Of a stretch of DNA of 64,000 bases, positions 62,150-64,000 are shown in pieces. Source of the stretch: Octopus sinensis (taxonomy: Eukaryota); the NCBI RefSeq assembly GCF_006345805.1, contig NC_043005.1, positions 16,306,001 to 16,370,000 on the forward strand, read 5' to 3'. The notes beneath the pieces are model-generated. The model had not been told where the DNA came from. It saw only the letters and a program-made list of their open reading frames with translations, and searched no databases. Within the stretch, counting starts at the first letter, position 1. Each line of letters opens with the position of its first letter. The position numbers and the translations under genes were made by a program.

Positions 62150-64000
62150 ATCTTCAGATCTTCTTCACCTCAGTAGAGTAAATACCAATAACAAAACATG
62201 AACGAGTTCTTTACATGCCAGAGCAGATTGGACGGACAGCAGGAGAAATACATCTAATCTGGTGACCATGCTGAATATCACCCAATAAATCCCTAGATGC
62301 TACGCATTGCTGTGAGTAACGTAATCTTCGACCAATCGAAAACATGGTATATCCAGATGACTATATCTGTGACTAGAAAAGAATTTTGTGTACGTCGATA
62401 AAGAAAGCAACAAAACATGTCTGTGTTGGTAAATCGTGGGCTGAAATATATATTAATATCCTGGTGGAAGTAGGGTCATTTTGTCAAAGAAAGATCTTGC
62501 CAAAAATATTGAATTCTGCCTCGTATTCCACTTCGAGCAAGATATCCCAGAACACTTCAGTATTCCGTAGTAATGTGACGGGATACCGTTGACAGACTAA
62601 GCATTTCCAATAAGGGATCATTTGATCATTTTGTCCGACTATCGAGCAGATCCCATTGCACAGTGAAACGATCTAACCCCTGTAAACAATATTGAAACCG
62701 GCTACTGAGTGGACCTCTGCCAAGTAATGACGGTCGACCCTACCGAAGACTTTGGATTTCTTTTCAAATAGATCAGAGCCCGCTGAATCTAGACAAGCCA
62801 TCAAAACATAAACTAAGTGGAGGTGGAGAATGTGTATTTTGAATTAGGGTATAAAAAATACAAAAGACTAGAGCGTACAGAACTAAGGCATCGCCTGAAA
62901 CAAATAAACTAGTATCCATAAAAATGATGACAATTCCAATAGAGTCAGGGCTTTGATCCTCAAATTTCCCAGATAAACAGAAAAGGTATAAATTGATAAG
63001 TAGAGAATAAGTTTCTATTCTACCGCTTGTCTAACTCCATGCTGGTGCATTCGAGTAATCTTTCTTTCTTCTAACCGCTCAGTCGAAGTCGACTCTCGGT
63101 CACTCGTTGGATCAGTGTCCTCCAGTCAGTTCTATCCTGGGCCGCTTCTTTCAGACTGGCTATGTCCATTCCGGTATCACTCTTGATGGTGTCAAGCCAG
63201 CGGGTTCTTGGTCGGCCTCTTCCTCTCTTGCCACTGACCATTCCGAGCATGATGTCCTTCTCCAGGGATTTTCTCCGCATAATATGACCGAAATATGCCA
63301 ATCTATGCTTGGTGATCCTAGCTTCTAGCGACATTTTCGGCCTTATCTGCTTAAGAACTTCTCCATTGGTGAGCCTCGCTGTCCATGGAATCCGTAAAAG
63401 TCTTCTCCAACACCAAAGCTCGAATGCATTAATTCTCTTCTGGTCAGCTTTCTTTAGTGTCCAGGTCTCGCATCCATATGTTGCTATTGGGATAATTATT
63501 AGTTGGACGGAGCCTACCTGAACAAATTTAAGAGGCTCCTGCACCTCTCCCATTTAAGAGCTACATTCATTTGATCCTAGCGTGCGTCTAAGATGGTATT
63601 CCAATCCCCAATGAGGGAGCTGTATCCAGAAAAGGTTTCCCGTTGCCTGAAAAGGTACAGCCATCCTGTCCCCGTTAGGACATAGACGATCACTAGCCTC
63701 GGAGCAGCATCTTCACAGCTCAGAATATATTTCTGGAATGACCTTTGGTACTAACCAGAATTTTTACAAGTCGCTCTTCATCGTGCAACAACTTCATACT
63801 ATTTCATGGAAACCAGGATTATCCTAATCATTGTTCTGAGATTCCGACCTCCATTCGACTTAATAGGCATCCCGCCACGGATTGAGCAAAGCTTTTTCAA
63901 GCTCTTCTTCCGGAGCAGACCGAAGCGCTGACTGTTTTCCCGTGAGAAGTAGAGTTACACCACTGTGCTCGCCATCCTCTTCTGCATGGACTCCCTTCTC
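62150..64000 (-). mobile_element. Decayed L1/Tx1-like LINE (endonuclease at ~63520-64000, RT relics at ~62150-62900)
   Basis: EERLVKILV..RLVIVYV..LFRQRETF..LIGDWNTILDAR*D (APE). Further downstream, weaker PVTLL.NTEV and DGL relics. Interrupted by an RTE copy. Confidence 0.55.
63060..63495 (-). mobile_element. Young 5'-truncated RTE (BovB-like) LINE 3' end
   Basis: Uninterrupted frame PIATYGCETWTLKKADQKRINAFELWCWRRLLRIPWTARLTN..YFGHIMRR..GKRGRGRPRTRWLDTIK..QDRTDWRTLIQRVTESRLRLSG*, then a short AAGA tail. Confidence 0.93.

Overview
AT-rich, microsatellite-dense eukaryotic DNA, most likely an octopus (coleoid cephalopod) intron or intergenic region. The taxon is inferred from my recognition of the tRNA-derived SINE families, not from a search. 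No intact host gene can be supported, and nearly all ORFs in the supplied track are translations of (TA)n, (TG)n, (TATG)n or trinucleotide repeats. The window is a layered transposon graveyard. It holds about 30 SINE copies from four families (my labels A1, A2, B, D) and four mariner/Tc1 relics with recognisable TIRs and transposase motifs. It also holds RTE, CR1, L1/Tx1-like and restriction-like-endonuclease LINE fragments, Penelope-like (PLE) terminal fragments, and Helitron relics including one non-autonomous copy with intact ends. The most unusual structures are: a head-to-tail SINE trimer inside a single 13-bp target-site duplication; several PLE-like ends carrying minimal hammerhead-ribozyme-like motifs; at least seven inverted-repeat/fold-back structures (arms of about 40-270 bp); and a 22-bp minisatellite apparently derived from an internal SINE segment. 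A few unique segments are flagged as low-confidence exon candidates. Coordinates were read by eye and may be off by a few bases, more for degenerate elements.
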